Under the pieces are notes generated by a model. The model made no database searches, was not told where the DNA came from, and was given only the letters and a program-made list of their open reading frames with translations. The position numbers and the translations under genes were made by a program. From NCBI GenBank assembly GCA_045599185.1, contig JAZRVO010000021.1, forward strand, positions 11,282 through 75,281: a DNA stretch of 64,000 nt, read 5' to 3'. Below are positions 1 to 8,928 of this stretch, one piece after another (positions within the stretch are counted from its first letter, which is position 1; every line of letters begins with the position of its first letter). This DNA comes from Treponemataceae bacterium (GTDB lineage Bacteria > Spirochaetota > Spirochaetia > Treponematales > Treponemataceae).

Positions 1-35
1 CCCTTTACTTTTTCACCAAAAGAATTGTCACTCAT
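1..35 (-). CDS. 5' end of an unidentified gene truncated by the window edge (MSDNSFGEKVK...)
   Basis: The ATG at 35-33 overlaps the smc stop codon (ATGA, 4-nt overlap), the same coupling seen at several other junctions in this window. Only 11 codons are visible. Confidence 0.3.
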   Translation of the reverse strand, partial: MSDNSFGEKVK

Positions 36-2944
36 TTATTTTTTTCCTCTGCTGTTCTTTTAGGCGGATGCGGTGGAATGAAAACATTCTCTTCCGGCGG
101 AACATCTTCATCTTCAAAAACTTCTACTTCTTCATCTTTTACAAGATTTACAGTACCAGATTCATTTTCAAGCTTGATAGTAACTGCCTTGGTTACGCCA
201 GATTCCTGCATGGTGATACCCAAAAGCGTACTTGCACCGGTAACAGTTTTTTTGTTATGGGTAATAACAATGTACTGGCTTACGTTTGCAAAGTCGCGCA
301 GGGTGTTTACAAAGCGGATAACGTTGTGTTCGTCAAGCGCGGCGTCAATTTCGTCCAGAAGACAGAACGGACTTGGACGAACCATGTAAGTTGCAAAAAG
401 CAGTGCAACCGCCGTCATTGTTTTTTCACCGCCGGAACGAAGGGCAATGTTTTCAAGTTTTTTGCCCGGCGGCTGTGCAAAAATTTCAATGCCGGATTCA
501 AGTACGTTCTGCGGATCAAGCAGGCGCAGTTCTGCGCGGCCACCGCCAAACAGACGGCGGAACATATTGTGAAAATTCTTTTTAATGGTGTTGTAAGTCT
601 GAAGGAACAGTTCAGTTGCTTCAGCCCGAATTTCTTCCGTAATGCGCTGCAAGTCATCACGCGCTTTCTGCAAATCCGCAAGCTGGTTGCTCAAGAAATC
701 GTAGCGTTCCTTAACTTCAGCAAATTCTTCAACAGCGGCAAGGTTAATATTTGAACCAAGTTCGCGCAAAGCCTGACGGCGTTCAGCCAGACTTTCGCGC
801 AAATCTGCGGCAGGCGTAGTAATCGTATACATGCGCTCTTCAAATTCCATTAAATCGCGGCTGTGAGTTTCAATAAAGTTGTCTTTGGTATTCTTAATTT
901 CCGTTTCTGCCATGGCAAGCTTCATTGAAACATCTTCAAGCTGTGCCTGCACCTTTGCAACTTCCGCATTCTTGCTGTCAAGCACCTTGCGCTTGTTTTT
1001 CACTTCCGAACTTCGGTTGTCGCGGTCTCTTTCAAGGTTTTCAATTTCCTTGGTAAGGGAAATACCCTTGTGTTCAAGGCTGGCAATTTCACCTTCAATT
1101 TCGCGCATCTGGTCAGTAATGTCTTCCAGACGCTTGTTTTCGTTGTACAGGTCGTTTTCAACGTTGCGCAGTTCGTTCTGCTTGCCGTTAAGTTCGCGCC
1201 GGATAATGCGTGCCTGTTCTTCTGCACCCTTAACCTGTGCGGACATCTGCGCCTGGTTAATCTTAAGGTTCTGCAAAGTCTGGCGGTATTCTTCAATTTT
1301 TTTAACCAGCCCGGAATTTTCAGAACGCAAATCGTTAATTTCATGACGTTTTTCGCTTACCTGCTTTTTGTTTTCAGCAATGCGCTGGTCTACAAAACGC
1401 TTTTTGGTAATAATGCCTTCAGGAGAAAGGAATTCGTCGATGAAACTTGGCGAAGTTTTAACCAGTGCAGCAACAGCATCGCTTAATTTGCCGGTTAATT
1501 CTTCAATTTCGCCAAATGAATGCACCGCATTATTGATGAATTTATCAATTTCTTCGGCGGAATGATTCTGAACTTTTGCAAAGTCCGAAAAAATATTCTT
1601 GCGGCCGGTTGCCAGAACCAGTAACTGTGCCAGAACTTCATCCAGATTGGCCTTTGCCTGAACATGAGACGCAGAAGAATATCCGGCATCCTTAAGCTTG
1701 GAATCAAGTTCCGTTACAATGTCTTCGGTAATTGCTTCAAGTTCTTTTTCAAGCTTGGTACGCTCGCCGTCAAGGGCAACTATTTCCTTTTCTTTTTTTG
1801 CCGCAAGCAGGTCGTTGTCAGTAATGCGCTTGGAAGCTGCCGCAATGTTGCCTTCAAAATCTTCAATATTGCGTACAATTTCTTCAAGGCGATTGTTCAA
1901 ATCGCGAACGATTGATTCCTGTTCGTCGGCTTCTTCGGTTAAGCTTTCAATGCTGTTTTCAATGCCAATCTTGCGGCCTTCAAGGCTAGAAATATTCTGC
2001 TTTATTTCGTTCAGCTGGCTTGCATAAACCTTTGCAAGCTTTTCTTTTTCATTTTTTTCAACTGCAAGCGAAATTATTTTCTGCTGAATTTCGTTAATTT
2101 CATTCTGCATTGAATTTACTTCTTCCATATTTTCAGAAAGAGAGCTTTCAATTTCGTCAATTTCTGCACGCAGGGCATCGCGCCGCTGGGCAACGGACTT
2201 CATTTCGTTGTTGCGCCGGTCATAATCCTGAGTAAAGTTTTTAAGGCGCAAAAGCTGAATGTCAAGTTCAAAATTAAATATTTCATCTTTAAGCGTGCGG
2301 TATTTTGTGGTTTTGTCAGCCTGAATTTTAAGGGAATCGTGGGAACGTTTAACTTCGCCCAATATGCCTTCAATCTGACGCATGTTTTCTTCGGTTTTTT
2401 CAAGCTTGCGTTCCGCTTCGGCACGTTTTGCCTTAAAGCGCGTAATTCCGGCGGCTTCTTCAAAAAGGTAGCGCCTGTCTTCCGGCTTGCTGGAAAGAAT
2501 CTGGTCAATCTTGCCCTGTTCCATTACGGAATACGCGGCCTTGCCGACACCCGTGTCCCAGAAAAGTTCCCTTACTTCCTTTAGGCGCGCAGGAACGTTG
2601 TTAATGTAATATTCGCTTTCGCCGCTGCGGTACAGGCGGCGCTTAATGGTAATTTCGCTAACATCAAGGGGCAAAAGATTGTTTTCGTTGGAAATGGTAA
2701 GGGCAACTTCTGCAACGTTTAACGCCGGGCGTTTTTCGGTACCGTTGAAAATAATGTCTTCCATTTTTTCGGCACGCATGGTTTTTGCAGCCTGTTCACC
2801 AAGAACCCATTTAACTGCATCAACAACGTTACTTTTTCCACAGCCGTTAGGCCCAAGCAGGGCTGTAATGCCGTCGGCAAATTCAAAATGCGTACGGTCA
2901 GCAAAAGATTTGAACCCAAATATGTCTAGATACTTTAAAAACAC
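32..2944 (-). CDS. smc: chromosome segregation protein SMC
   Basis: 970-aa ORF. It has an N-terminal Walker A (GPNGCGKSN), a very long heptad-rich coiled coil with a central hinge, a C-terminal signature (RSGGEKTMTAVALLFA) and a Walker B (CLLDEIDAALD). Confidence 0.97.
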   Translation of the reverse strand: MFLKYLDIFGFKSFADRTHFEFADGITALLGPNGCGKSNVVDAVKWVLGEQAAKTMRAEKMEDIIFNGTEKRPALNVAEVALTISNENNLLPLDVSEITIKRRLYRSGESEYYINNVPARLKEVRELFWDTGVGKAAYSVMEQGKIDQILSSKPEDRRYLFEEAAGITRFKAKRAEAERKLEKTEENMRQIEGILGEVKRSHDSLKIQADKTTKYRTLKDEIFNFELDIQLLRLKNFTQDYDRRNNEMKSVAQRRDALRAEIDEIESSLSENMEEVNSMQNEINEIQQKIISLAVEKNEKEKLAKVYASQLNEIKQNISSLEGRKIGIENSIESLTEEADEQESIVRDLNNRLEEIVRNIEDFEGNIAAASKRITDNDLLAAKKEKEIVALDGERTKLEKELEAITEDIVTELDSKLKDAGYSSASHVQAKANLDEVLAQLLVLATGRKNIFSDFAKVQNHSAEEIDKFINNAVHSFGEIEELTGKLSDAVAALVKTSPSFIDEFLSPEGIITKKRFVDQRIAENKKQVSEKRHEINDLRSENSGLVKKIEEYRQTLQNLKINQAQMSAQVKGAEEQARIIRRELNGKQNELRNVENDLYNENKRLEDITDQMREIEGEIASLEHKGISLTKEIENLERDRDNRSSEVKNKRKVLDSKNAEVAKVQAQLEDVSMKLAMAETEIKNTKDNFIETHSRDLMEFEERMYTITTPAADLRESLAERRQALRELGSNINLAAVEEFAEVKERYDFLSNQLADLQKARDDLQRITEEIRAEATELFLQTYNTIKKNFHNMFRRLFGGGRAELRLLDPQNVLESGIEIFAQPPGKKLENIALRSGGEKTMTAVALLFATYMVRPSPFCLLDEIDAALDEHNVIRFVNTLRDFANVSQYIVITHNKKTVTGASTLLGITMQESGVTKAVTIKLENESGTVNLVKDEEVEVFEDEDVPPEENVFIPPHPPKRTAEEKNK

Positions 2945-3340
2945 ATTAAACTCTTTTTGTAAAATACAAGTTTTTATTAAAATCTTCTATTATACAGTTG
3001 TTTTTTGTTAAAAAAGGAAACGCAAAAATGCGAAAAAAGAAATGCTAAAACCCCACCCCTGGAATTTATAGACAATTCCAACAGACATTTTACAATACAA
3101 TTTATATATGCGCAAGTATTGCGTTTAAGCCCACTCTCGTTTGCAGTTTGCTTTATATCTAACTGTTGCTTAATGTGCGCAAAAAGTCTCTAGTTTTTTT
3201 ATGTAAGTTAGCTTGTGCATTTGCTGTTGCAGAAAAAATTGGCAGTTACAGAAAAATAAAACATCACCAAACTTCTACTCTAAACCGCAGAAAAAAATGA
3301 TTTTATCAGTTTTTACCAGAATCATGCATCGGACTTCTTA

Positions 3341-3369
3341 TAGACCAAAAACATGCAAAACGATATAAT
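3341..3369 (+). promoter_or_regulatory. putative sigma-70-type promoter of serS (TAGACC-17 nt-TATAAT)
   Basis: A perfect -10 hexamer at 3364-3369 ends 8 nt before the serS ATG (3378). No Shine-Dalgarno lies in between, which implies a leaderless or near-leaderless mRNA. Confidence 0.4.
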
Positions 3370-3377
3370 ATAACATT

Positions 3378-4655
3378 ATGTTAGACTACAGATTTATTAA
3401 AGAAAACTTAGACGCCGTTAAAGCCAATATTACTGCCAGAAACATGAAGGCTGATGCCGATCTGGTTGTTGAACTTTTTGACAAACGCACCGCCCTGGTT
3501 ACAGAATTACAGGCTTTGCAAGCCAAACGCAACGAAAACGCAGCTTCCATGAAAGGAAAGCTTGAAGCTGACGTGCGTGCAAAATTAATTGAAGACGGAA
3601 AAGCAATTAAGGCTGAAATTGCAGCAAAAGAAGCTGAAGTTGCTTCTGTAGAAGAACAGCTTGAAACAGCCGGCCGCCAGATTCCTAACATGGCACATCC
3701 TTCAGCCCCTGTTGGTGCCGTAGACAGCGAAAACCTTGAAGTTAAGCGCGTAGGCACTGTACGCGAATTTGATTTTGAACCGAAAGACCACGTTCAGCTT
3801 GGGCAGGCACTGGATCTGATTGATTTTGATGCCGCAACTAAAGTTTCAGGACCAAAGTTTTACTACCTTAAAAACGAAGCCGTTTTTCTGGAACAGGCAC
3901 TGGTTATGTATTCGCTCAACATTCTGCGCAAGCACGGTTTTACGCCGTTCATTACGCCGGATGTTGCCCGTGAAGAAATTTTAACAGGCATCGGTTTCAA
4001 TCCCCGCGGCAACGAATCTAACGTTTACAACCTTGAAGGCGACGGAACATGCCTTGTTGCTACAGCAGAAATTACTCTGGGCGGCTACCATTCAGGCGAA
4101 ATCCTTTCAAAGGAAAAACTTCCGTTAAAATACTGCGGCCTTTCACACTGTTTCCGCAAGGAAGCAGGTGCTGCCGGTCAGTTTTCCAAAGGCCTGTACC
4201 GCGTTCACCAGTTTACAAAACTTGAAATGTTCGTTTACTGTCTGCCGGAAGATTCTGACAAGATTCATGAAGAACTTCGCCTGATTGAAGAAGAAATCTT
4301 CAGCGGTCTTGGCATTCCTTTCCGCGTTGTAGACACCTGCACCGGCGACCTTGGCGCACCGGCTTACCGCAAATGGGACCTGGAAGCATGGATGCCGGGA
4401 CGCAACGGCGGTGAATGGGGCGAAGTTACATCAACTTCAAACTGTACGGACTTTCAGGCACGCCGCCTGAACGTGCGCTACAAGGACGACGACGGAAAGA
4501 ACAAGTACGTGCACATGCTTAACGGTACTGCCGTTGCAGTAAGCCGTGCAATGGTTGCCGTACTTGAAAACTATCAGAATGCCGACGGTTCAATCACAGT
4601 TCCGCCAGCACTGGTACCTTTCTGCGGTTTTGACAAAATTGAAGCTAAAAAATAA
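3378..4655 (+). CDS. serS: seryl-tRNA synthetase
   Basis: 425-aa ORF with an N-terminal coiled-coil arm and class II aaRS blocks (CFRKEAGAAG, GEVTSTSNCTDFQARRL, LNGTAVAVSRAMVAVLEN). Confidence 0.97.
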   Translation: MLDYRFIKENLDAVKANITARNMKADADLVVELFDKRTALVTELQALQAKRNENAASMKGKLEADVRAKLIEDGKAIKAEIAAKEAEVASVEEQLETAGRQIPNMAHPSAPVGAVDSENLEVKRVGTVREFDFEPKDHVQLGQALDLIDFDAATKVSGPKFYYLKNEAVFLEQALVMYSLNILRKHGFTPFITPDVAREEILTGIGFNPRGNESNVYNLEGDGTCLVATAEITLGGYHSGEILSKEKLPLKYCGLSHCFRKEAGAAGQFSKGLYRVHQFTKLEMFVYCLPEDSDKIHEELRLIEEEIFSGLGIPFRVVDTCTGDLGAPAYRKWDLEAWMPGRNGGEWGEVTSTSNCTDFQARRLNVRYKDDDGKNKYVHMLNGTAVAVSRAMVAVLENYQNADGSITVPPALVPFCGFDKIEAKK

Positions 4656-4670
4656 GTTTTGATTTTATAA

Positions 4671-4706
4671 AAAGCCAGGGGCTTTAAGGGCGCTTGGCTT
4701 TTTTTA
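4671..4706 (+). terminator. rho-independent terminator after serS
   Basis: AAAGCCAGGGGC...GCGCTTGGCTTT stem (about 11 bp, one mismatch, one G-U) followed by T7. Confidence 0.75.
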
Positions 4707-4737
4707 TGCATGACAAATCAAGGAACAAGGTAAAAAA

Positions 4738-5958
4738 ATGTTAAAAGCACCAAAGCGTTTTGCTTCTTCAAATTTCTTTTTAATGCTGTTTCTTGCCATA
4801 ATTGTGGCACTTGCAGTAATGAAAATTGCAGCAAAAGTTTTAATGCCAATCGTTGTGGCAATGCTGCTTTCCTGCGTACTTGCACCGATAGCAAGCCTGC
4901 TGAATAAAAAATTGAAAATCCCCTACTATCTGTGTGTTTTTTTAGGACTTTTAATTTTAATTTTAATAGTTTTCGTTGTAGGCACCATTCTTTTTTCAAG
5001 CCTGCGTACTATCATCAACCAGTACCCAAAATACGAACAGCGCTTCATGTCCATTTACGAATATCTGGCGCAGATGTTTGACCTTAGTTTTGACCGAAAC
5101 CTTGGGCTTGCAACCAACCTGTGGAATCAGGCGATGATTAGGGATTTTGTTCAGAACTTTGCGCTCAGTTTTTCAGCAAAGGCAATCAATCTGGGCAAAG
5201 ATATTTTAATGACATTTCTGTTCATGCTGTTCTTCATGTCCGAATTCCGCAATCTTAACGCCAAAATTGAACTTGCCTTTGCAGACATTTTACCGAATAA
5301 AATCCGCAACGTAATTTCAAACGTAATCAACCAGATTACGCGCTACATGTCCGTAAAATTTTACGTTTCGCTTATAACCGGCATAATTGTTTATCTGGGC
5401 TGCCTTTGCGTGCACATGGACTTTCCCATTGTATGGGGTTTCCTTGCATTCGTAATGAACTTTATACCGACAATCGGTTCAATTCTTTCTACGGTTTTAA
5501 CAAGCCTTTTTGCACTCTTGCAGTTCTGGCCAAACTTAAGCGAATTCATCATTGTGCTTCTGGTAATGCTTGGCGTAAACATGATAATCGGCAATATTAT
5601 TGAACCAAAAATTCAGGGCGAAAACCTTGGATTGAGTCCTTTTGTAATCATCATTTCACTTTCCATCTGGGGCTGGATTTGGGGTTTTGTAGGAATGATT
5701 CTGGCAGTGCCGATTATGGTAGTTGTAAAAATCATCTGCGAAAACGTAGATGTCCTTAATCCTATTTCCGTTCTGCTTGGTAATTACGCCCGTGAAAAAG
5801 CCAGCATGGAAAAATTTAATGCCGAAAAAGCTGAAAACCCGGCGGAAGCTGCCCCGGGAAACGAAGCGGAAGACCAGCCTGAAAAAACCGCCGGAACGGA
5901 AGAACGCGAACAGGCTGCACAACCGGAAGAAACGCCGGAAACAGCTGACGAAAAATAA
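4738..5958 (+). CDS. AI-2E (PerM/UPF0118) family transporter
   Basis: 406-aa ORF with about 8 hydrophobic segments and the conserved C-terminal block GNIIEPKIQGENLGLSPFVIIISLSIWGWIWGFVGMILAVP. It has an acidic Glu/Pro/Ala-rich tail. Confidence 0.85.
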   Translation: MLKAPKRFASSNFFLMLFLAIIVALAVMKIAAKVLMPIVVAMLLSCVLAPIASLLNKKLKIPYYLCVFLGLLILILIVFVVGTILFSSLRTIINQYPKYEQRFMSIYEYLAQMFDLSFDRNLGLATNLWNQAMIRDFVQNFALSFSAKAINLGKDILMTFLFMLFFMSEFRNLNAKIELAFADILPNKIRNVISNVINQITRYMSVKFYVSLITGIIVYLGCLCVHMDFPIVWGFLAFVMNFIPTIGSILSTVLTSLFALLQFWPNLSEFIIVLLVMLGVNMIIGNIIEPKIQGENLGLSPFVIIISLSIWGWIWGFVGMILAVPIMVVVKIICENVDVLNPISVLLGNYAREKASMEKFNAEKAENPAEAAPGNEAEDQPEKTAGTEEREQAAQPEETPETADEK

Positions 5959-6020
5959 ACGAAACGTAAATGCGGCTTTAGGCTTTAATGCGCCGAAATA
6001 CGTCAAATTCAGCACGACGA

Positions 6021-6058
6021 AAAAAACTTCGCAAAGAAATCTTTGCGAAGTTTTTTTT
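6021..6058. terminator. bidirectional rho-independent terminator between convergent genes
   Basis: Perfect 16-bp stem AAAAAACTTCGCAAAG-AAAT-CTTTGCGAAGTTTTTT, with an A-run before and a T-run after. Confidence 0.9.
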
Positions 6059-6189
6059 ATAATCATCTTGCAGCATTTAAAAAGGTTTCAAAACTGAAAA
6101 AAACGCGGCACACGCCTGCTGGAAAAAACGCAAAACGGTAACTGGTAAACCAACCGGCAGCGGTAACCGGCAACCGATGAAAAACCCGG

Positions 6190-6684
6190 CTATTTAAAAT
6201 ATTTTTCCAGTTTTTCTACAACTTTGGCAGGCTTTTCGTTAACCGTAAAATAAATAACCTGTTCCTTATTGGTGGCGGCACTTTTATCGTTCTGGTCTTT
6301 CAGGCCGGGTTCAAAACTTATGCACACATCGTTTTTAGGCATAAAAAACCCAATAAATCCTTTTGTAACCGGCACAAAAGCGCAGAAAGCCGGTAAATTG
6401 CTCAAGCACACGTACTGTTCGCCCGGCGTTTTACCGCCTGCACGTATCCTGAAAAGCGAAGTCATTGCAGATTCCCACGCCGGTGCATAAAAATGCAGTT
6501 TATCACCTAAAACCAAAAGCCCCCACAATTCGCCGTTAGCTGGCGGAAAATGCAGGCCGATACTTTCCAGCACTGCTGACGAACCGAATATTTTTACCAT
6601 CAAAACTTCTTTTACTTCATCGCCGTACTGGGCTTTAAAATCAGCAAAAAATTCATCCTGCTGCTGCTTTATGCTATCGTTCAT
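6190..6684 (-). CDS. hypothetical protein (164 aa, no signal peptide)
   Basis: Clean ORF, last gene of a 3-gene minus-strand unit, 9 nt after the upstream stop. I recognise no motif. Confidence 0.6.
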   Translation of the reverse strand: MNDSIKQQQDEFFADFKAQYGDEVKEVLMVKIFGSSAVLESIGLHFPPANGELWGLLVLGDKLHFYAPAWESAMTSLFRIRAGGKTPGEQYVCLSNLPAFCAFVPVTKGFIGFFMPKNDVCISFEPGLKDQNDKSAATNKEQVIYFTVNEKPAKVVEKLEKYFK

Positions 6685-6693
6685 AACAGCTCC

Positions 6694-7845
6694 TTATATT
6701 CTTCCGGCAAGCATAGCGCCAAAATGTTTTTCATATAAAAAACGCCTGTCTTCCGGGGTCATGCCCGTAAAGCGGCAAACCACTGCAACACGTTCTTCTT
6801 CTACCATAACGCTTAAAACCACGCATTTGGCAACAATTTTTCTAAAGCCAATTGAAAGCTTAAAAATGTATTCTTCGCGTTCAGTCATCGAAATAGTGTT
6901 AAGCGAACAGCCGAAACATACAAAGGCATCGCTTAAATAAAGAATTTCAACTGGTGCAATGCGCCCCTGCACCGAACTTTGAGAATCGGATGCCAGATTT
7001 GAAAGATAGGCGGCCGCGGGCAGATAGGCAATCTGTTCTTCGGTTATTTTTGCACACGCACCTGCCTTCTGGTTTGTAAAGCAGCTGCGTTCAATGCTTA
7101 CTGCCCTGCCCCCGGTTATGCCCGGAATCGGTATGTAGCACAAATCGGCAAGCAGGTGCAGGCTGTTGCGCACCCGGGCAAGTTCGTCACTTACAGGCGA
7201 ACGCTGGTCCAAGTCGCGCACGGTAAAGCACGCATCAAAGGGAAACGGCGGATTGGACGGAAAGCGTTTTTCCGGGAAAAAGAGGATTTTTTTTGTTTTA
7301 AGCAGCAGCGATTCAATTTCTTCGGGCAAATCTACCGCCTGATGCATGCTGCTGTAGCGTGAAAGAATGGAAAAAAATGCAATTTCGTCATCCGGCTCAA
7401 CGGTTTTCCATACCGCCGGGTTAAAAAGTGGAAAAAGCGTGCTTGAAACGCAGGGCACAAAACTTTGCTGTGCCTTTCCCACGTTATAAAAAAGCTGTCC
7501 CCGGTAAGTCGGCGAATCAAAGGAAATGGTATCAGCAGTTTTTTCAATTGCGTCAGGTATGCCAATTGCCGCATTCACGTCGCTTGTCTGCAAAATTGAA
7601 TCAAACTGAAGGCCGCGCTTACGGAAATAGAAGGATACGCGGATTTTGTTTTTTTCAATGCGCATCCACTGGGGCGTAAGTTTTTTTGAAAAAATAATCA
7701 CAGACTGCTGCACCGTGTACTGGCCTTTTTCCAGTTCAAAAGCCGTTTCATACGCCCCTTCGCAGGATATTTTAAGCAGTGGAAATTCGGTGCGCAGATA
7801 CTGTATTACTACATCGCGCTGAATACCGGTGAGCATTTCATTCAT
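6694..7845 (-). CDS. hypothetical protein (383 aa)
   Basis: Long ORF whose start overlaps the upstream lipoprotein gene by 8 nt. The C-terminal ~90 aa are beta-rich (EYIFKLSIGFRKIVAKCVVLSVMVEEERVAVVCRF), but I could not find canonical motifs. Confidence 0.7.
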   Translation of the reverse strand: MNEMLTGIQRDVVIQYLRTEFPLLKISCEGAYETAFELEKGQYTVQQSVIIFSKKLTPQWMRIEKNKIRVSFYFRKRGLQFDSILQTSDVNAAIGIPDAIEKTADTISFDSPTYRGQLFYNVGKAQQSFVPCVSSTLFPLFNPAVWKTVEPDDEIAFFSILSRYSSMHQAVDLPEEIESLLLKTKKILFFPEKRFPSNPPFPFDACFTVRDLDQRSPVSDELARVRNSLHLLADLCYIPIPGITGGRAVSIERSCFTNQKAGACAKITEEQIAYLPAAAYLSNLASDSQSSVQGRIAPVEILYLSDAFVCFGCSLNTISMTEREEYIFKLSIGFRKIVAKCVVLSVMVEEERVAVVCRFTGMTPEDRRFLYEKHFGAMLAGRI

Positions 7846-8479
7846 TTATCTGGTCTCCAAAATATATTTGTTCAATTACCCAGCGGCCGTTTTTTTGATG
7901 CATGAAAACCTGCAAATCGGTATGCATGTTTTCGCCCTGCAGCCGCACGGGAATTTGTAAAGTTTCTTCTATTGCAGCAGGTTTTGCATAATATATTTTT
8001 TTTACTTCGTGAATTGCCCTGAAAGAATTTTCCAGAACAAAAGGCAAAAAAACAAAACGGTCATCTAAAAAATCGGCACTTACGCTGCGCCGTTCAATTT
8101 GTTTAAGCGCCGCCAGGGCAAAAAAAGCAGTCAGGGTCTGGTATGCGGCCGGGTCTAAGGTGCGCGTGTCCAAAGTGGAAAAATCTTTAAGCGACGGATA
8201 GACCGGCACCGGGCAGTTTATGGCTGGCAGGGCTTGTGGCAGGGGCAAGCTGCTGCTCTGTATGTTTTTGGGCGGCAAACCGGCGGCATCAAGTTCTTCT
8301 GCCCATTCCAGCTGGCTTGCAATGCTGCGCGCCTGATTGCGAAGAACCGTGTCTACCGGTGCAATTTTGTTAACGTTTTTGGCACAGCCGGTAAACAAAA
8401 CCGGAACTGAAAAAATGCCGCAACCCAAGCAGGCCTTAAAAATGAATGAATAAAACTTTTTGCAATAAAAAAAACTCAT
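7838..8479 (-). CDS. putative lipoprotein
   Basis: Signal peptide with a lipobox (...VPVLFTG|CAKN). I moved the start to the ATG (MSFFYCKKF...), three codons inside the ORF-track GTG start at 8488. Confidence 0.7.
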   Translation of the reverse strand: MSFFYCKKFYSFIFKACLGCGIFSVPVLFTGCAKNVNKIAPVDTVLRNQARSIASQLEWAEELDAAGLPPKNIQSSSLPLPQALPAINCPVPVYPSLKDFSTLDTRTLDPAAYQTLTAFFALAALKQIERRSVSADFLDDRFVFLPFVLENSFRAIHEVKKIYYAKPAAIEETLQIPVRLQGENMHTDLQVFMHQKNGRWVIEQIYFGDQINE

Positions 8480-8619
8480 AGCGCACACGAAATAATTTTA
8501 CCACAAATCCCCAAACTTTTAAATGCCACAAATTAACAGCCCATCAATAAAAAAGAAACCACTCTCAAGCAGCCCCACAAATTCAAAAGCGCACCCTAAT
8601 TTTGTCCCGAAACAGCGCT

Positions 8620-8848
8620 CTAGTTTTGCCCAGCAAAACTAGGGGCTTGTGCCTATGCCAAGTGAAAATAACATAAAAAGCAAATGGCACACGCTTTGGG
8701 GCATGTGCCTACACCAAGCAAAAAAATTAGAGGAAAAGCAAACAGCACACCCACAAATCCAGAAAAATTTTCCGTGTTTTGCATCGCAAAAATCGGAGCT
8801 TTGTGCTTACACCAAGTAAAAATAACATAAAAAGCAAATAGCACACGC
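8620..8848 (+). repeat. structured intergenic repeat family, locus 1: hairpin-module A-module B-hairpin-module C
   Basis: Hairpin CTAGTTTTGC-CCA-GCAAAACTAG (8620-8642). Modules at 8645-8694, 8701-8753 and 8798-8848; A and C are near-identical 50-mers. Second hairpin at 8772-8796. The same architecture recurs at 15.0 and 30.8 kb on the other strand. Confidence 0.85.
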
Positions 8849-8928
8849 ATAGACACAAACCTCTCTAATAGGTAAAATAGTGAAAAATGTTTTATTAACG
8901 TTTATATTTTTCCCTAAGGAGAACTATT

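Noticed and set aside
3190-3280. Possible fifth, degenerate copy of the structured repeat family (CTCTAGTTTTT...AGCTTGTGCATTTGC)
   Set aside because: Only the 11-mer AGCTTGTGCAT and a loose A-rich similarity are shared. There is no closing stem and no GTTTGC/GCAAAC hairpin, so the evidence is insufficient.
2945-3377. T-box or other riboswitch leader upstream of serS, and the 62-aa ORF at 3005-3193
   Set aside because: I could find no T-box consensus (GGTGGTACCGCG-like), specifier-loop architecture or terminator/antiterminator pair. The ORF has no SD and an implausible composition.
6694-7845. Calling the 383-aa protein a PilZ-domain c-di-GMP receptor
   Set aside because: The RxxxR and D/NxSxxG motifs are absent. 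Only a vague beta-barrel-like resemblance remains, so I kept it as hypothetical.
8653-8856. 67-aa minus-strand ORF in the aconitase upstream region
   Set aside because: It is assembled entirely from the three repeat modules, so its peptide repeats itself (VLFAFYVIF / VLFAFPLIF). It has no SD and it overlaps the hairpins. I treat it as a repeat artefact, not a gene.
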